Both the position numbers and the translations under genes were made by a program. This document shows positions 41,556 through 52,688 of a stretch of DNA of 64,000 nucleotides, one piece after another (the first letter of the stretch is position 1; the number at the start of each line of letters is the position of its first letter). This DNA comes from an uncultured Atribacterota bacterium (lineage in GTDB: Bacteria; Atribacterota; Phoenicimicrobiia; Phoenicimicrobiales; Stramentimicrobiaceae): NCBI GenBank assembly GCA_964636625.1, contig CAZWUL010000001.1, positions 20,534-84,533 of the forward strand, written 5' to 3'. The notes under the pieces are model-generated. The model did no database searches. It was given only the letters and a program-made list of their open reading frames with translations, and was not told where the DNA came from.

Positions 41556-43541
41556 TTAATTTTTACTTATAATTTTTGTATATGTTGTTTTTAAGCCAAA
41601 CGGTTTAAAAGATATACCGCCGGCTTTATAAAATTTTGTAAAAAATTCAACATATTGTAATCTAGCATCATGAATAAATGCACTTAGTCCACTAATTAAT
41701 AAATTAAAAACATGCCCGATAAAAAGAATTAATATAGTTAGAAAAATTCCTATATAAGGCATATTTGCCATTTCTGCAAGCATATTAAACATAGTAGCAA
41801 TAATGCCAGTTGCTAAGCCAAGTGCAAATAATCTGGAATAGGAAAGAACATCGCTAAAATACCCGGTAATATCGTATAAAGAAAGAATTCCGCTACCTAT
41901 TCTCAGGATAATATTTTTATTTGTTCTTCCCTGGGTTGTAACAAGTGTCAATATTCCGATTATTAAAAGAATCCATGCGATTTTTCCAAAAATGGGAGCT
42001 ATCATGTTCTGAAGTAAAACCATAATAATTCCGGTTAAAAATATTAACCAGGATATCTGATCCATTATTCCGTCAATCAATTTACCCTTATTAACATTAT
42101 CTATAAACTTTAAAATTATTCCAGTATAAACTTGAATTATACCCAGAGAAATACTTAGAATTAATAGAGGTAGTGGGTTATCTGTGGGATTAAATAATGA
42201 TAGCTTATCCACCAGTAAATACCTTATACTGCTAAAGGCGGGTGGTAAATAATTTAAAATATCACCAAACCAGCTTCCGACAATAATTCCTCCAAATATT
42301 CCAGAGATACCACAATAATAAAGTAAAGTAAATAACTTTTTTGCTCCACCTTCCATTCCGAGTTTTTTTATGGCAAGATAACATAGAATTGCTAATACAG
42401 CTCCATATCCTACATCAGATAAACATAATCCAAAAAAGATGAAGTAAAATAACGAAAGAATTGGTGTTGGGTCCATTTCAGAATAATTTGGCAAACTATA
42501 TAGTTCAGTAATGACCTCAAAAGGTTGAACTAATTTATGATTCTCTAAGGCAACTGGAACCCTGTCATCTTCTTCAGGTTCACTGAATTGTATCTCATAA
42601 GCCTTGAAATTTTCTTTTAATTTGTCTTTTAATTCAGGTATATCTTTTTTCTTTATCCAGCCTTTAATTACAAATGTTTTTTTACTTCTTTTTAAAAGGC
42701 TAATTGCTTCTTCTTTTTCTTTATCAATGATCAAGTAATCGTAAATTTTATATATTTCTTTATTTTCATTATAAATATTTTTTAAGTCTATTTGTATCTG
42801 TTTTCTTCTTTCAGAAATTTCTTTCATATTTTCAGATATTTTTTCTAAAATTTGTGCTGGTGTTCCTGAAAAAGAATGACTATACTTATACATTTCGACA
42901 TGGTATTGTTGCAATATTTTCTGGACTTTTTCTGTATTTTCTTTTAAACAGATAATCGCAATTTTTGATGTATTTTTATCTTCCTTAACCTGTTCAATAA
43001 CAATTTTTTTAATTTTTTCATTTGATTCGCTAATCAAATTATCAAGGTTGCCTTTTGATATTGTTCCTAATAAATAACTTATATATTTTGATTGCTCCAC
43101 TGTGGATAAATCAAGGTCAAGCTCTTCCCAATCCTTAAGCTCTTCTTGAATAGCAAATAATTTGTTTTCCTGCAATTTAAGATGATTAAGTTCATTATCA
43201 TAATCTTTGCATTGCTTATATATTTTTTCATAATCCAGAGATTTTGATAATTCTATAAGTGTTTCATAATTAACTTCTTCTTTAGATGGAAATAATGATT
43301 CTAATCCTTTCTTTTCTTTCTCCTCATAATCCGAGAGTAGGCCAATGCAAAATTTGACTTTATTTAATTCCGCATTTGTATTATTTCCAATATCATCAAT
43401 ATTTTCCCAATCATGAAATGCAGTTTTCCCCCCAATATGTATAATCTCAGCACAACCTAATTTTTGCAATTCTTTTAATAGTTGTTCTTTTATTGATAAA
43501 TGTGCAAAAATATGAAATTTTTTAACTTTAGATATTGCCAT
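41556..43541 (-). CDS. atpI: V/A-type ATP synthase subunit I (a-type stator)
   Basis: 661 aa, N-terminal soluble coiled-coil half and C-terminal multi-TM half. Confidence 0.88.
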   Translation of the reverse strand: MAISKVKKFHIFAHLSIKEQLLKELQKLGCAEIIHIGGKTAFHDWENIDDIGNNTNAELNKVKFCIGLLSDYEEKEKKGLESLFPSKEEVNYETLIELSKSLDYEKIYKQCKDYDNELNHLKLQENKLFAIQEELKDWEELDLDLSTVEQSKYISYLLGTISKGNLDNLISESNEKIKKIVIEQVKEDKNTSKIAIICLKENTEKVQKILQQYHVEMYKYSHSFSGTPAQILEKISENMKEISERRKQIQIDLKNIYNENKEIYKIYDYLIIDKEKEEAISLLKRSKKTFVIKGWIKKKDIPELKDKLKENFKAYEIQFSEPEEDDRVPVALENHKLVQPFEVITELYSLPNYSEMDPTPILSLFYFIFFGLCLSDVGYGAVLAILCYLAIKKLGMEGGAKKLFTLLYYCGISGIFGGIIVGSWFGDILNYLPPAFSSIRYLLVDKLSLFNPTDNPLPLLILSISLGIIQVYTGIILKFIDNVNKGKLIDGIMDQISWLIFLTGIIMVLLQNMIAPIFGKIAWILLIIGILTLVTTQGRTNKNIILRIGSGILSLYDITGYFSDVLSYSRLFALGLATGIIATMFNMLAEMANMPYIGIFLTILILFIGHVFNLLISGLSAFIHDARLQYVEFFTKFYKAGGISFKPFGLKTTYTKIISKN

Positions 43542-43542
43542 T

Positions 43543-43869
43543 TTATCCCACCAGGTTATTTAATATCATTTTGATTGCTTCTTCATATTTGTTATTAAAC
43601 GATTTTCTAAGCTTTTCTTTTTCTTTTAGGCTATTTTCGTATATTTCTTTGGCATTTTTACGGGCTTTTTTATTTCTTTCTTCAATAGTTTTTTGTCCTT
43701 TATTATTCCACTCTTCAATTATTTTTTTCTTCATTTGCTCATGTTTGTCTTTCTCATCCTGAATCATTTTATTGGCTTTTGACCGGGCATCCTCAATAAT
43801 TTTTTCAGCCTCATATTCAGTATCTTTTAACTCAGTAATTATTTTTTTTAACATAATATAACTCTCCAA
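43543..43869 (-). CDS. V/A-type ATP synthase subunit G/H (peripheral stalk)
   Basis: 108 aa, highly charged coiled coil. First gene of the operon, as in E. hirae ntpF. Confidence 0.65.
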   Translation of the reverse strand: MESYIMLKKIITELKDTEYEAEKIIEDARSKANKMIQDEKDKHEQMKKKIIEEWNNKGQKTIEERNKKARKNAKEIYENSLKEKEKLRKSFNNKYEEAIKMILNNLVG

Positions 43870-44066
43870 AAGTGTTAATATAAAAAGCTTAGGCTACTTT
43901 TTCTATTAATAATCAGCAAAATATGCACATTAAAAAAAGATATCATAAATATGTCTTTTAGTCAATTTTTGGTAATAGATAGAAATAGGTAATATTAAAT
44001 TATATCTTATTATTAAATCTTAAATCTTAGAATAATTTAATTTTTAAGGGAAGATATATTCATGTT

Positions 44067-44696
44067 CTAATCAGATTTTAACTGCTTTACAATGTCTAAA
44101 TACATTTGAAGCCTTTTTTTGGTACCCTCCACTAACCCGTATTTTTCTTCCTTCACTCTCTGGGTTAAATTATGAAGCTTTACTTTGCTCACTTTGTAAT
44201 CATGATTTTTTACAACCTTTGTAATAGCAACTTCTAATCCATATTTTAATAAATCCATATTTGGAATACTGTCAATAATCTTTCTTTTCATCGCCCTTTG
44301 CCCGGATAAATAAGGCATAATAAATTGCGGTAAATCTGTTAAGAGTCTCCCCTGTGAAAAAATACCAATAGTCATATCCGCAATATTTTCTTTAATAGGG
44401 TTAATCAAGGAATAAATATGCTCTTTTTTTAAGCCTATTAAATCCGCATCCAAAAAAAGCAATATATCTGAATCGGTTTTTTCGAATCCTTTTTTTATAG
44501 CTCCAGCCTTTCCAATATTTTCTTTCATCTGGTATACATCTACTTCTAATTCGCGGGCAATACCAACGGTATTATCAGTAGAGCCATCACTTACCACAAT
44601 AATATTATTAATTTCTGGAACCTTTTTTACTATTTTTATGACATCGCCAATAGTGATTTCTTCATTATAAGCAGGAATTATTGCTGATATTTTCAT
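44067..44696 (-). CDS. Glycosyltransferase family 2 protein
   Basis: N-terminal GT-A fold (IIPAYNEE...DGSTD...DAD), 209 aa. Confidence 0.75.
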   Translation of the reverse strand: MKISAIIPAYNEEITIGDVIKIVKKVPEINNIIVVSDGSTDNTVGIARELEVDVYQMKENIGKAGAIKKGFEKTDSDILLFLDADLIGLKKEHIYSLINPIKENIADMTIGIFSQGRLLTDLPQFIMPYLSGQRAMKRKIIDSIPNMDLLKYGLEVAITKVVKNHDYKVSKVKLHNLTQRVKEEKYGLVEGTKKRLQMYLDIVKQLKSD

Positions 44697-44757
44697 ATTG
44701 TCACCTGTCTTAGGTTTATGCTGTTTTTATTATACAATAATTATATATAAATCCTAA

Positions 44758-45852
44758 TTAAGAAGTTTCATTATTTAATCTATTATCACACAAAGAATTA
44801 ATTATCTCTAACAATTTTTTTATAGAATCATCAATTTCATATCTGCCAACAAATGAACCCTTCTTATAAATCATTGCTTCTTGATTATTAAAAGCAATCC
44901 CGGCATCAGCTGTTCTTGCTTCACCTGGACCATTCACAACACAACCCATAATTGCTATAGTTAAAGGATGGTGAATATTTTTCAAATTGACTTCTATTTT
45001 TTTAGCAATTTCATGGATATTAACATTGCATCGACCACAGGTAGGGCAAGATACAATATTAATACCTCTATTCCTTATACCCAGAGAACGCAATATATCA
45101 TGACCGACTAAAACTTCTTGTATTGGATTACCGGACAAAGAAACCCTTATAGTATCTCCAATGCCTTCATACAATAAAATACCAATTCCTATTGCTGATT
45201 TTGTAATTCCATTTCTATCAAAACCAGCTTCTGTGATTCCAATATGTAATGGATAATCAGTCATTTTGGCAATAATTTGATTGGCCTTGATGGTATCTAA
45301 TACATTACTTGATTTTATCGAAAGAATGACATTATAATAATTAACTTTCTTTAAAAAGCTAATTAAATGCTCAGTTTGTTCAACCATTGCTTTGTAATTT
45401 GGTTCATTGTATTTCTGTAATATTTTATTATCCAGAGACCCTGCATTTATACCAAAACGTATTAAGATGTTTTTTTTTCGAGCTTCTTCAATAATATTAA
45501 TAATTTGACTTTCCTGCTTTATATTGCCGGGATTGATTCTTATCCCATCAGCATTATTTTTTATTGCCTCGATAGCTATGGGATAGCTAAAATGTATGTC
45601 TGCCATAACTGGTATATGCAAATGTTTCTTAATATTTGGGATAAAACGGCATGCTTCAATATCGGGAATAGCAATACGGACCAAGTCACAACCTGCTTCT
45701 TCAAGTTGTTTTATTTGCTTGATAGTACTCTTGGTGTTTTTGATATTCAGGTTAGTCATGGATTGTACTGAAACGGGAAATAATCCACCAATTTTTAGGT
45801 TACCAATTTTTACAACTTTACTTTTTCTTCTCTTAATATTAATTATGATCAT
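44758..45852 (-). CDS. ispG: 4-hydroxy-3-methylbut-2-en-1-yl diphosphate synthase (flavodoxin type)
   Basis: GcpE family with C-terminal 4Fe-4S cysteines (CPTCGRC...MGC), 364 aa. Confidence 0.92.
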   Translation of the reverse strand: MIIINIKRRKSKVVKIGNLKIGGLFPVSVQSMTNLNIKNTKSTIKQIKQLEEAGCDLVRIAIPDIEACRFIPNIKKHLHIPVMADIHFSYPIAIEAIKNNADGIRINPGNIKQESQIINIIEEARKKNILIRFGINAGSLDNKILQKYNEPNYKAMVEQTEHLISFLKKVNYYNVILSIKSSNVLDTIKANQIIAKMTDYPLHIGITEAGFDRNGITKSAIGIGILLYEGIGDTIRVSLSGNPIQEVLVGHDILRSLGIRNRGINIVSCPTCGRCNVNIHEIAKKIEVNLKNIHHPLTIAIMGCVVNGPGEARTADAGIAFNNQEAMIYKKGSFVGRYEIDDSIKKLLEIINSLCDNRLNNETS

Positions 45853-45865
45853 TTATATTTCCTTG

Positions 45866-46939
45866 CTACCTTGAAAAAATCCTTAAAACGTCTTGATAAG
45901 TCGCAATTAAAAATATCATGATTATCAGTGCGAAACCAATAATATAAAGGAAATTTATATGTTCAGGTTCTAGAGGTTTCCCCCTTATTTTTTCAATTGC
46001 TAATAAAACTATTTGACCTCCGTCTAATATTGGTATTGGAAAAAGGTTTATAATTCCTAAAAATATATTTATTACTGATGTAAAAAACAGTAAATTTAAG
46101 AATCCAATCCGTGCAGCTTCTCCAGCCATTTGAGCAATACCCAATGGACCTGCAAGCTCTATTGGCATTTTTCCCGTAAAAGTTTCTAAAAAACCAATTA
46201 TAATTAAATTTATAATTTCAAAAAACATTTTTATTGATCTTGAGACAGATTGAAAGAATGTAAGCTTGATAATATCCACTTTTAAAGTAATACCTATCAT
46301 TGCCCTATCATATTCGGTATTATATTCCGGAACAATTTCGGTTTCCAAGAAATCACCGTTTCGCATAAAGCGAATGTGAATTATTTCATCTTTTCTTTGG
46401 TTAATTATTTCAGAAATTTCCTCAGCATTTTCTACTGTATTTGAATCAATGGCCACTATTTTGTCACCAGCGATAATTCCAGCTTTTTCAGCAGGACTAT
46501 TTTCTGCAACATTATCAATAGTATTTGTTACTTGTGCTGTTCCAGAGAAGAAAAAAACAATTGTTAGAAGTATTATTGATAGAATAAGATTCATAACAGG
46601 ACCGTTAAATATTACAGCAAACCTGACAAAAAAAGGCTTTTTATCAAATCTTTCATTGTCATTTGGAAAGTTTTCTTCTGTTATCTCGTTATTCTCAGTG
46701 TTTTTATCTTCGCCAGCCATTTTAACATAACCACCAAATGGAAACAAAGACAATATATATTCAGTTCCTCTCCAGAAAACACCAGCAATTTTTGGACCAA
46801 AACCAAAAGAAAAACGAAATACTCTTATTCCTGCTATTTTTGCTGTAATGAAATGTCCAAATTCATGAAACAGAATGGCTATTCCAAGAACAAAAACAAA
46901 AGATAATACAGTTAACAATTTAAATATCTCCCCTCTCAA
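45866..46939 (-). CDS. rseP: RIP metalloprotease RseP (site-2 protease)
   Basis: HEFGH zinc motif, PDZ domain, multi-TM. Confidence 0.88.
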   Translation of the reverse strand: MRGEIFKLLTVLSFVFVLGIAILFHEFGHFITAKIAGIRVFRFSFGFGPKIAGVFWRGTEYILSLFPFGGYVKMAGEDKNTENNEITEENFPNDNERFDKKPFFVRFAVIFNGPVMNLILSIILLTIVFFFSGTAQVTNTIDNVAENSPAEKAGIIAGDKIVAIDSNTVENAEEISEIINQRKDEIIHIRFMRNGDFLETEIVPEYNTEYDRAMIGITLKVDIIKLTFFQSVSRSIKMFFEIINLIIIGFLETFTGKMPIELAGPLGIAQMAGEAARIGFLNLLFFTSVINIFLGIINLFPIPILDGGQIVLLAIEKIRGKPLEPEHINFLYIIGFALIIMIFLIATYQDVLRIFSR

Positions 46940-46973
46940 TAATATGACAGGAATTTTAAAGTTACAGATATTA

Positions 46974-48152
46974 TTACTTCATTTCAGAACATACTTTTTC
47001 AGCTATTTTTCTTGTTTCTTTGTCCTGGTTAATTATATCATTGATATTCGGATTTGTTTTATTATTATGCTTTTCCATTACCATAGATACTACTTTTATA
47101 ATATCTTTAAATTTTATACCCTGATTTAAAAAAGCATTAACAGCAATCTCATTTGCTGCATTTAATGCCGCGGGAAATGTCCCTCCTTGTTTGATTGCTT
47201 CGTAGCAAAGATCAATACTGGGAAATCTTTTAGAATCAAGTTTTTTAAAGGTTAATTGACCAATTTTTGCCAGGTTTAGCCTTGCTAAATTATTTTTGAA
47301 CCTTTTTGGGTAATGTAAAGCAAAATGTATAGGAATGCGCATATCATGATTACTTAGTTGAGCAATCATACTACCATCTTCATATTGAACCAGAGCATGA
47401 ATATAACTTTGGGGATGTATCAAAATTTCTATCTTAGTGAGCGGCATATTAAAAAGCCAGTATGCTTCAATAACTTCAAGGCCTTTATTCATTAATGTCG
47501 CAGAATCTATAGTTACTTTATTGCCCATTTTCCAATTTGGGTGATTTAAAGCCTCCTCCACTGAAACCATATCCAGGGCAGATTCTTTTAAATTATAGAA
47601 TGGCCCACCTGATGCAGTAATAATAATTTTTTCAACACTATCATAATATTCAGGTTGAATGCATTGGAATAAACCACTGTGTTCACTATCAATTGGTATT
47701 ATCTTTGTTCCATTAATTTTTGCCTTATCAGTTAAAAGCCCTCCTGCAGAAACTATTATTTCTTTGTTAGCCAGGCAAACCTCTTTTTTTTCATTAATTG
47801 CTTCCATTACAGGTTTTAAAGCAGTAATGCCAGTAATTGCCACCACTATCATATCAATTTCTTTTATAGTTGAAATCTTAATAAGGCCATATTCCCCATA
47901 TAATATATTGCAATCGCTTTTATTTTTTAATTTATTTTTCAAGGCTTTTGCAAGCTTGTCATCTTTTACAACCACATATTTTGGTTTAAATTTATCAATC
48001 TGTGTTTTAAGAAGGTCAAGATTTTTCCAGCCAGATAAGCAAAAAACATCAAAATTTTCTGGTTCATTTTGAATTACTTCTAATGCTTGTTTGCCTACAG
48101 AACCAGTAGACCCCAATATTGTTAAACGCTTTTTCATGAAACTTTTCTCCAT
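46974..48152 (-). CDS. dxr: 1-deoxy-D-xylulose 5-phosphate reductoisomerase
   Basis: N-terminal NADPH-binding GSTGSVG, 392 aa, conserved neighbourhood. Confidence 0.92.
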   Translation of the reverse strand: MEKSFMKKRLTILGSTGSVGKQALEVIQNEPENFDVFCLSGWKNLDLLKTQIDKFKPKYVVVKDDKLAKALKNKLKNKSDCNILYGEYGLIKISTIKEIDMIVVAITGITALKPVMEAINEKKEVCLANKEIIVSAGGLLTDKAKINGTKIIPIDSEHSGLFQCIQPEYYDSVEKIIITASGGPFYNLKESALDMVSVEEALNHPNWKMGNKVTIDSATLMNKGLEVIEAYWLFNMPLTKIEILIHPQSYIHALVQYEDGSMIAQLSNHDMRIPIHFALHYPKRFKNNLARLNLAKIGQLTFKKLDSKRFPSIDLCYEAIKQGGTFPAALNAANEIAVNAFLNQGIKFKDIIKVVSMVMEKHNNKTNPNINDIINQDKETRKIAEKVCSEMK

Positions 48153-48172
48153 TTATTTTTTGGAATATGAGC

Positions 48173-48985
48173 TTAAATGTATAAATAGTTAAGAAAATAA
48201 TACATAATGGGAACAGAAAATAAAATACTGTCAACAAAATCAAGTATTCCGCCATGCCCTGGTATTATTTTACCCGAGTCTTTCACATTAAAATTTCTTT
48301 TAATAATGGATTCAAATAAATCTCCTACTTGACCACAAAAAGCCGCAACCAGGCCAAAAATAATTATCATAAATGATTTATTTGGAATCAAGAAATAAAA
48401 CAGTATGCCACATAATAATCCGCCAAAAAGCCCACCAATAGAGCCTTCCAGGGTTTTGTTAGGACTGATGTTTGGAAAAATATGCTTTTCCCCAAAGTTA
48501 ACACCAAAGAGATAGGCAAATATATCATTCATCCAGGTCGCAAATAAAGCGAAAATAATAAATATTTTACCGCTAGGCATAATTCTTATATTAATTAAAA
48601 AAGACAATAAATGACCTATATATATAGCCACGAATAGGGTTATACCAATATTTGTAACCATATTTTTCTTTTTTTCTTTTCCCAAAAAGTTATCAATAAA
48701 TATAGCTAAAATAATTATTGTAAAAATTAAATTATCATTAGCAGGGAAAGATTCGGGTAAAAATTTCCTAAATAAAAAAAATAATGTTAATAATATCCCA
48801 AGAAACAAAGAAGGATTATATCTTTTTTTTAAAATATTTTGCAGCTCAAATAAGCCTAAAATAGCTATTAAGGCAATAGTTAAATAAAATACTGGGCCAC
48901 CTAAATTGATAATAAATAGCACAATGGGGATTCCTACAATAATAGTCAATGCCCGTATTTTTATTTTTTCAAATTTCTCCCCCAA
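48173..48985 (-). CDS. cdsA: Phosphatidate cytidylyltransferase
   Basis: Multi-TM protein with the CdsA C-terminal signature (GHGGILDRFDS-like). Confidence 0.88.
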   Translation of the reverse strand: MGEKFEKIKIRALTIIVGIPIVLFIINLGGPVFYLTIALIAILGLFELQNILKKRYNPSLFLGILLTLFFLFRKFLPESFPANDNLIFTIIILAIFIDNFLGKEKKKNMVTNIGITLFVAIYIGHLLSFLINIRIMPSGKIFIIFALFATWMNDIFAYLFGVNFGEKHIFPNISPNKTLEGSIGGLFGGLLCGILFYFLIPNKSFMIIIFGLVAAFCGQVGDLFESIIKRNFNVKDSGKIIPGHGGILDFVDSILFSVPIMYYFLNYLYI

Positions 48986-49754
48986 ATTTCCTCACCCTTT
49001 TTTCATAATCGTTTAAAGCCTTCCAAAAATCATTTTCAGAAAAATCTGGCCAGAATGTTTTTGTGAACCATAATTCAGAATAAGCAATTTGCCATAATAA
49101 GAAATTACTTATTCTTTTTTCCCCTCCTGTTCGAATTAGCAAATCGGGGTCAGGAATTCCAGATGTAAATAGATGCTGGTTAACTATTGTTTCATCAATA
49201 TCTAAGAATTCAATATTATTTTCTTTAATTTCTAAAAATATGGACTGAAAAGCGTGGCATATTTCTGCTCTACCGCCATAATTTATAGCAATATTTAGAA
49301 TAAGCCCGGAGTTTTTCTCAGTAGCTTTTTCCAGGCTACCCATTGCTAATTTCAAGGATTTTGATAATGATTTCCTGTTACCAATAAAATTTACTTTGAT
49401 TTGATTTTCGATTAAGTTCTTTTTTTCTTTTTCAATCACTTCGCCAAATAAATTCATTAGAGAATTAATTTCTTTTTGAGTTCTTTTCCAATTTTCGGTA
49501 GAAAATGCATATAATGTTAGTATTTTTATCCCCGCTTTTATGGATTCAGTAATAATCATTTTTATGGTCTTTACGCCTTCTCTATGACCCATAAAAATAG
49601 CAAGATTATGTTTTTTAGCCCATCTCCTATTACCATCCATTATAACCGCTAAATGCTTTGGAAGTATTTTAGTTTTTTGAATAACTTCTGAATTGTCATA
49701 AATTTTCATTGAATTATCTACCTTTATTGTCTTATAAAAAAACCCCCGTTTCAT
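48969..49754 (-). CDS. uppS: Isoprenyl transferase (undecaprenyl diphosphate synthase)
   Basis: HLAIIMDGNRRWA motif, 261 aa. Confidence 0.92.
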   Translation of the reverse strand: MKRGFFYKTIKVDNSMKIYDNSEVIQKTKILPKHLAVIMDGNRRWAKKHNLAIFMGHREGVKTIKMIITESIKAGIKILTLYAFSTENWKRTQKEINSLMNLFGEVIEKEKKNLIENQIKVNFIGNRKSLSKSLKLAMGSLEKATEKNSGLILNIAINYGGRAEICHAFQSIFLEIKENNIEFLDIDETIVNQHLFTSGIPDPDLLIRTGGEKRISNFLLWQIAYSELWFTKTFWPDFSENDFWKALNDYEKRVRKFGGEI

Positions 49755-49797
49755 ATAAAAACTTTTTTCTTTAAAATTACATAATAAAAAAGGGGGA
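49736..49797 (-). terminator. Possible terminator after frr (long-loop GC clamp plus U7)
   Basis: On the minus strand, CCCCC...GGGGG is followed by TTTTTTT. The loop is about 45 nt, so this is a weak call. Confidence 0.3.
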
Positions 49798-49874
49798 TTA
49801 CTATATTCTATAATGATAAATCAATATTTATTTTATAATTCCTTACATTCCTCCGGATAAACCATCAATGTTTT

Positions 49875-50435
49875 TCAAATTTTCATTATATCTAATTCTT
49901 TAGCTTTGTAAATATCATCAATTTCTTTAATATAATTATCTGTTAAATCTTGTATTTCCTTAAACAATTCTTTACTCTGGTCTTCTGATATTTCACTGGA
50001 TTTTTCCATTTTCTTTATCTTGTCATTTATTTCTCTTCTTACATTTCTAATGGCAACTTTTGAAGACTCAGTCACTTTTTTTACTGATTTAGCTATCTCT
50101 TTTCTTCTTTCTTCAGTCATAGGTGGAATTGATAATCGTATGACATTGCCATCATTGTTGGGTGTCAAACCAATATCTTCTTTCCAGATAGCTTTTTCAA
50201 CATCGTTGACAGAATTTTTATCCCAAGGTTGGATAACAATTAAATCAGCCTCAGGTATAGATATGCTGGCTATTTCTTTTAAAGGAGTTGGGGCACCGTA
50301 ATATTCTACTTTTATATTTTCTACCAGTGCAGTTGAAGCTCTTCCAGTCCTTATGTGTGACAGTTCTTCTTTTAAAATCCTGATAGCTTTTTTCATTTTT
50401 TGTTCAGCTTCACTTTTTACTTCATTTAACATCAT
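49875..50435 (-). CDS. frr: Ribosome recycling factor
   Basis: 186 aa with typical RRF sequence. Confidence 0.93.
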   Translation of the reverse strand: MMLNEVKSEAEQKMKKAIRILKEELSHIRTGRASTALVENIKVEYYGAPTPLKEIASISIPEADLIVIQPWDKNSVNDVEKAIWKEDIGLTPNNDGNVIRLSIPPMTEERRKEIAKSVKKVTESSKVAIRNVRREINDKIKKMEKSSEISEDQSKELFKEIQDLTDNYIKEIDDIYKAKELDIMKI

Positions 50436-51160
50436 TAATCCTCCTTTACAATTGTACCAATAGGCTTACCTAAAATAACTTTTTTTATATTACCTGGCAA
50501 ATTCAAATTAAATACAATAACCGGAACTTTGTTTTCCATGCATAAAGAGATAGATGTTGCATCCATCACTCTTAAATTTTTATTTAAAAAATCCAGGAAG
50601 CTAATTTTTTTATATTTTAGGGCATTAACATTTAAAAGTGGATCGGATTCATAAATACCATCTACTTTTGTTGCCTTTAATATTGCATCCGCTTCTAGTT
50701 CAATAGCCCTTAATGCAGCTGCAGTATCTGTAGTAAAAAAAGGATGACCGGTACCAGCTGCCAATATAATTATTCTATCTTTTTCTAAATGTCTAATCGC
50801 TCTTCTTCTAATATAAGGTTCTGCAATTGCTTTCATTTCAATAGCAGTTTGCACTCTTGTTTCGATATTAAGTTTTTCCAATGAGTCTTGCAAAGCCAGG
50901 GCATTAATAACGGTACCTAACATTCCCATATAATCAGCGGATACCTGGTTAATCCCCTTCTTGCTGGCTTGTCTTCCTCGAAAAATGTTTCCGCCACCAA
51001 TAACAATTGCAATTTGGATACCCATTTGCTTTATATCAGCTAACTCTTTAGAAATAAATTTAACTCTATCAACATCAATTCCGCCTTTGTTTTCTAAAGA
51101 AAATGACTCTCCGCCCAATTTTAACAATATTCGTTTATAAACAGGGTTATTTTTGTGCAT
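50435..51160 (-). CDS. pyrH: UMP kinase
   Basis: Amino-acid kinase fold (ILLKLGGE...), 241 aa. Confidence 0.93.
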   Translation of the reverse strand: MHKNNPVYKRILLKLGGESFSLENKGGIDVDRVKFISKELADIKQMGIQIAIVIGGGNIFRGRQASKKGINQVSADYMGMLGTVINALALQDSLEKLNIETRVQTAIEMKAIAEPYIRRRAIRHLEKDRIIILAAGTGHPFFTTDTAAALRAIELEADAILKATKVDGIYESDPLLNVNALKYKKISFLDFLNKNLRVMDATSISLCMENKVPVIVFNLNLPGNIKKVILGKPIGTIVKED

Positions 51161-51171
51161 TTTAAGTAGTT

Positions 51172-51768
51172 TTATTCTTCTCCAAGTTGATATCTAACAA
51201 AACGCCTGAGTATAATATTTTCTTTTAGTTTTGCTATTTCCTCTAATACCAATTGGTTAACCGTCTTGTTTGAATCGCGAATATACTCTTGTTCCAGCAG
51301 ACAAATTTCTTTAAAATATTTATTCAGTTTACCTTCTACGATACTATCAAGAACTTTTTTCGGCTTATTTAAATTTTCAGCCTGCCCAAAATATACTTCT
51401 TTTTCTTTGTTAATTATATTTTCTGGAACATCTTCTCTTTTAATGTATTTTGGATTTGCTGCAGCTATTTGGAGTGTAATATTCTTTGCTAATTCATTAA
51501 ATTCTGGTGTTTTGGCAACAAAATCTGTTTCACAATTTATTTCCAGCAACACCCCAACCTTTCCATTTAAATGAATATATGAAGCAATTAAGCCATTAGA
51601 AGCCTTTCGGCCAAATTTAGAGCTAGCAGACTGTATGCCTTTTTTACGAAGATAATCAACTGCTTTTTCTAAATCGCCATTAGTCTGAGTTAAGGCTTTT
51701 TTGCAATCCATCATACCTGCACCGGTTTTATCCCTTAGTTCTTTAACTAGTTTAGCACTAATGCTCAT
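51172..51768 (-). CDS. tsf: Elongation factor Ts
   Basis: UBA-like N-terminus ([22 protein letters not shown]), 198 aa. Confidence 0.93.
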   Translation of the reverse strand: MSISAKLVKELRDKTGAGMMDCKKALTQTNGDLEKAVDYLRKKGIQSASSKFGRKASNGLIASYIHLNGKVGVLLEINCETDFVAKTPEFNELAKNITLQIAAANPKYIKREDVPENIINKEKEVYFGQAENLNKPKKVLDSIVEGKLNKYFKEICLLEQEYIRDSNKTVNQLVLEEIAKLKENIILRRFVRYQLGEE

Positions 51769-51816
51769 CTTTTAAGTCTCCTTTAAGATAACAAATATTG
51801 TTTATTGAATAAATTT

Positions 51817-52551
51817 TTACACTGCTATTTTTACATTTTCGTCTTTAGCATTATCCTTATCTTCTATAGTTGCTTTTTTACCCTCGAGAACTGCATCTGC
51901 GATAACTGATGTCATTAATTTTATTGCTCTTATTGCATCATCATTGCCTGGTATAACATAATCGACTTCTTCAGGGTTGCAATTGGTATCAACAACCGCT
52001 ACAATTGGAATGGATAATTTCCTTGCTTCCGCTACCGCTATTTTCTCCCTTTTTGGGTCAATAACAAATAAGGCATCGGGTAATTTCTCCATATATTTAA
52101 TACCAGTCAGAAGTTTTTCAAGCTTTTCTTTTTCCCGTTTTAAAATAATAACTTCTTTTTTTGGAAGAAAATTAAAATCTTCTCCTTGTTCCATCTTTTC
52201 CAATTGAAAAAGACGTTTAACCCTTTGATTTATTGTATTAAAATTAGTTAGTGTGCCACCAAGCCACCTGTAGTTTATATATGGCATACCGCATTTTTCT
52301 GCTTCTAAACTGATTGATTCCTGGGCTTGTTTTTTAGTCCCTACAAATAGGACATTACCATTGTTCCTGGCGAGATTGTGAACAAAACTATAAGCTTCAT
52401 CTATTAATTTTACCGTTTGTTGTAAGTCAATAATGTAGATATTGTTCCTCTCAGTAAAAATATAAGGGCGCATCCTCGGATCCCACCGCCTCTTTTGATG
52501 TCCAAAATGTACACCAGACTCTAATAATTGTTTCATAGATACAACGCTCAA
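51817..52551 (-). CDS. rpsB: 30S ribosomal protein S2
   Basis: N-terminus [16 protein letters not shown], 244 aa. Confidence 0.95.
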   Translation of the reverse strand: MSVVSMKQLLESGVHFGHQKRRWDPRMRPYIFTERNNIYIIDLQQTVKLIDEAYSFVHNLARNNGNVLFVGTKKQAQESISLEAEKCGMPYINYRWLGGTLTNFNTINQRVKRLFQLEKMEQGEDFNFLPKKEVIILKREKEKLEKLLTGIKYMEKLPDALFVIDPKREKIAVAEARKLSIPIVAVVDTNCNPEEVDYVIPGNDDAIRAIKLMTSVIADAVLEGKKATIEDKDNAKDENVKIAV

Positions 52552-52688
52552 ATAATCACTCTCCTTTTAATATTTTTAAAATAATTTTAAATATTTTATC
52601 ATAGTTATATTATAAGATAAAGCAAGCTAAAAACCAAATAAGTATAACACAATTAGTTTTGATAATCAAGATAAGTAAATAATTATAA

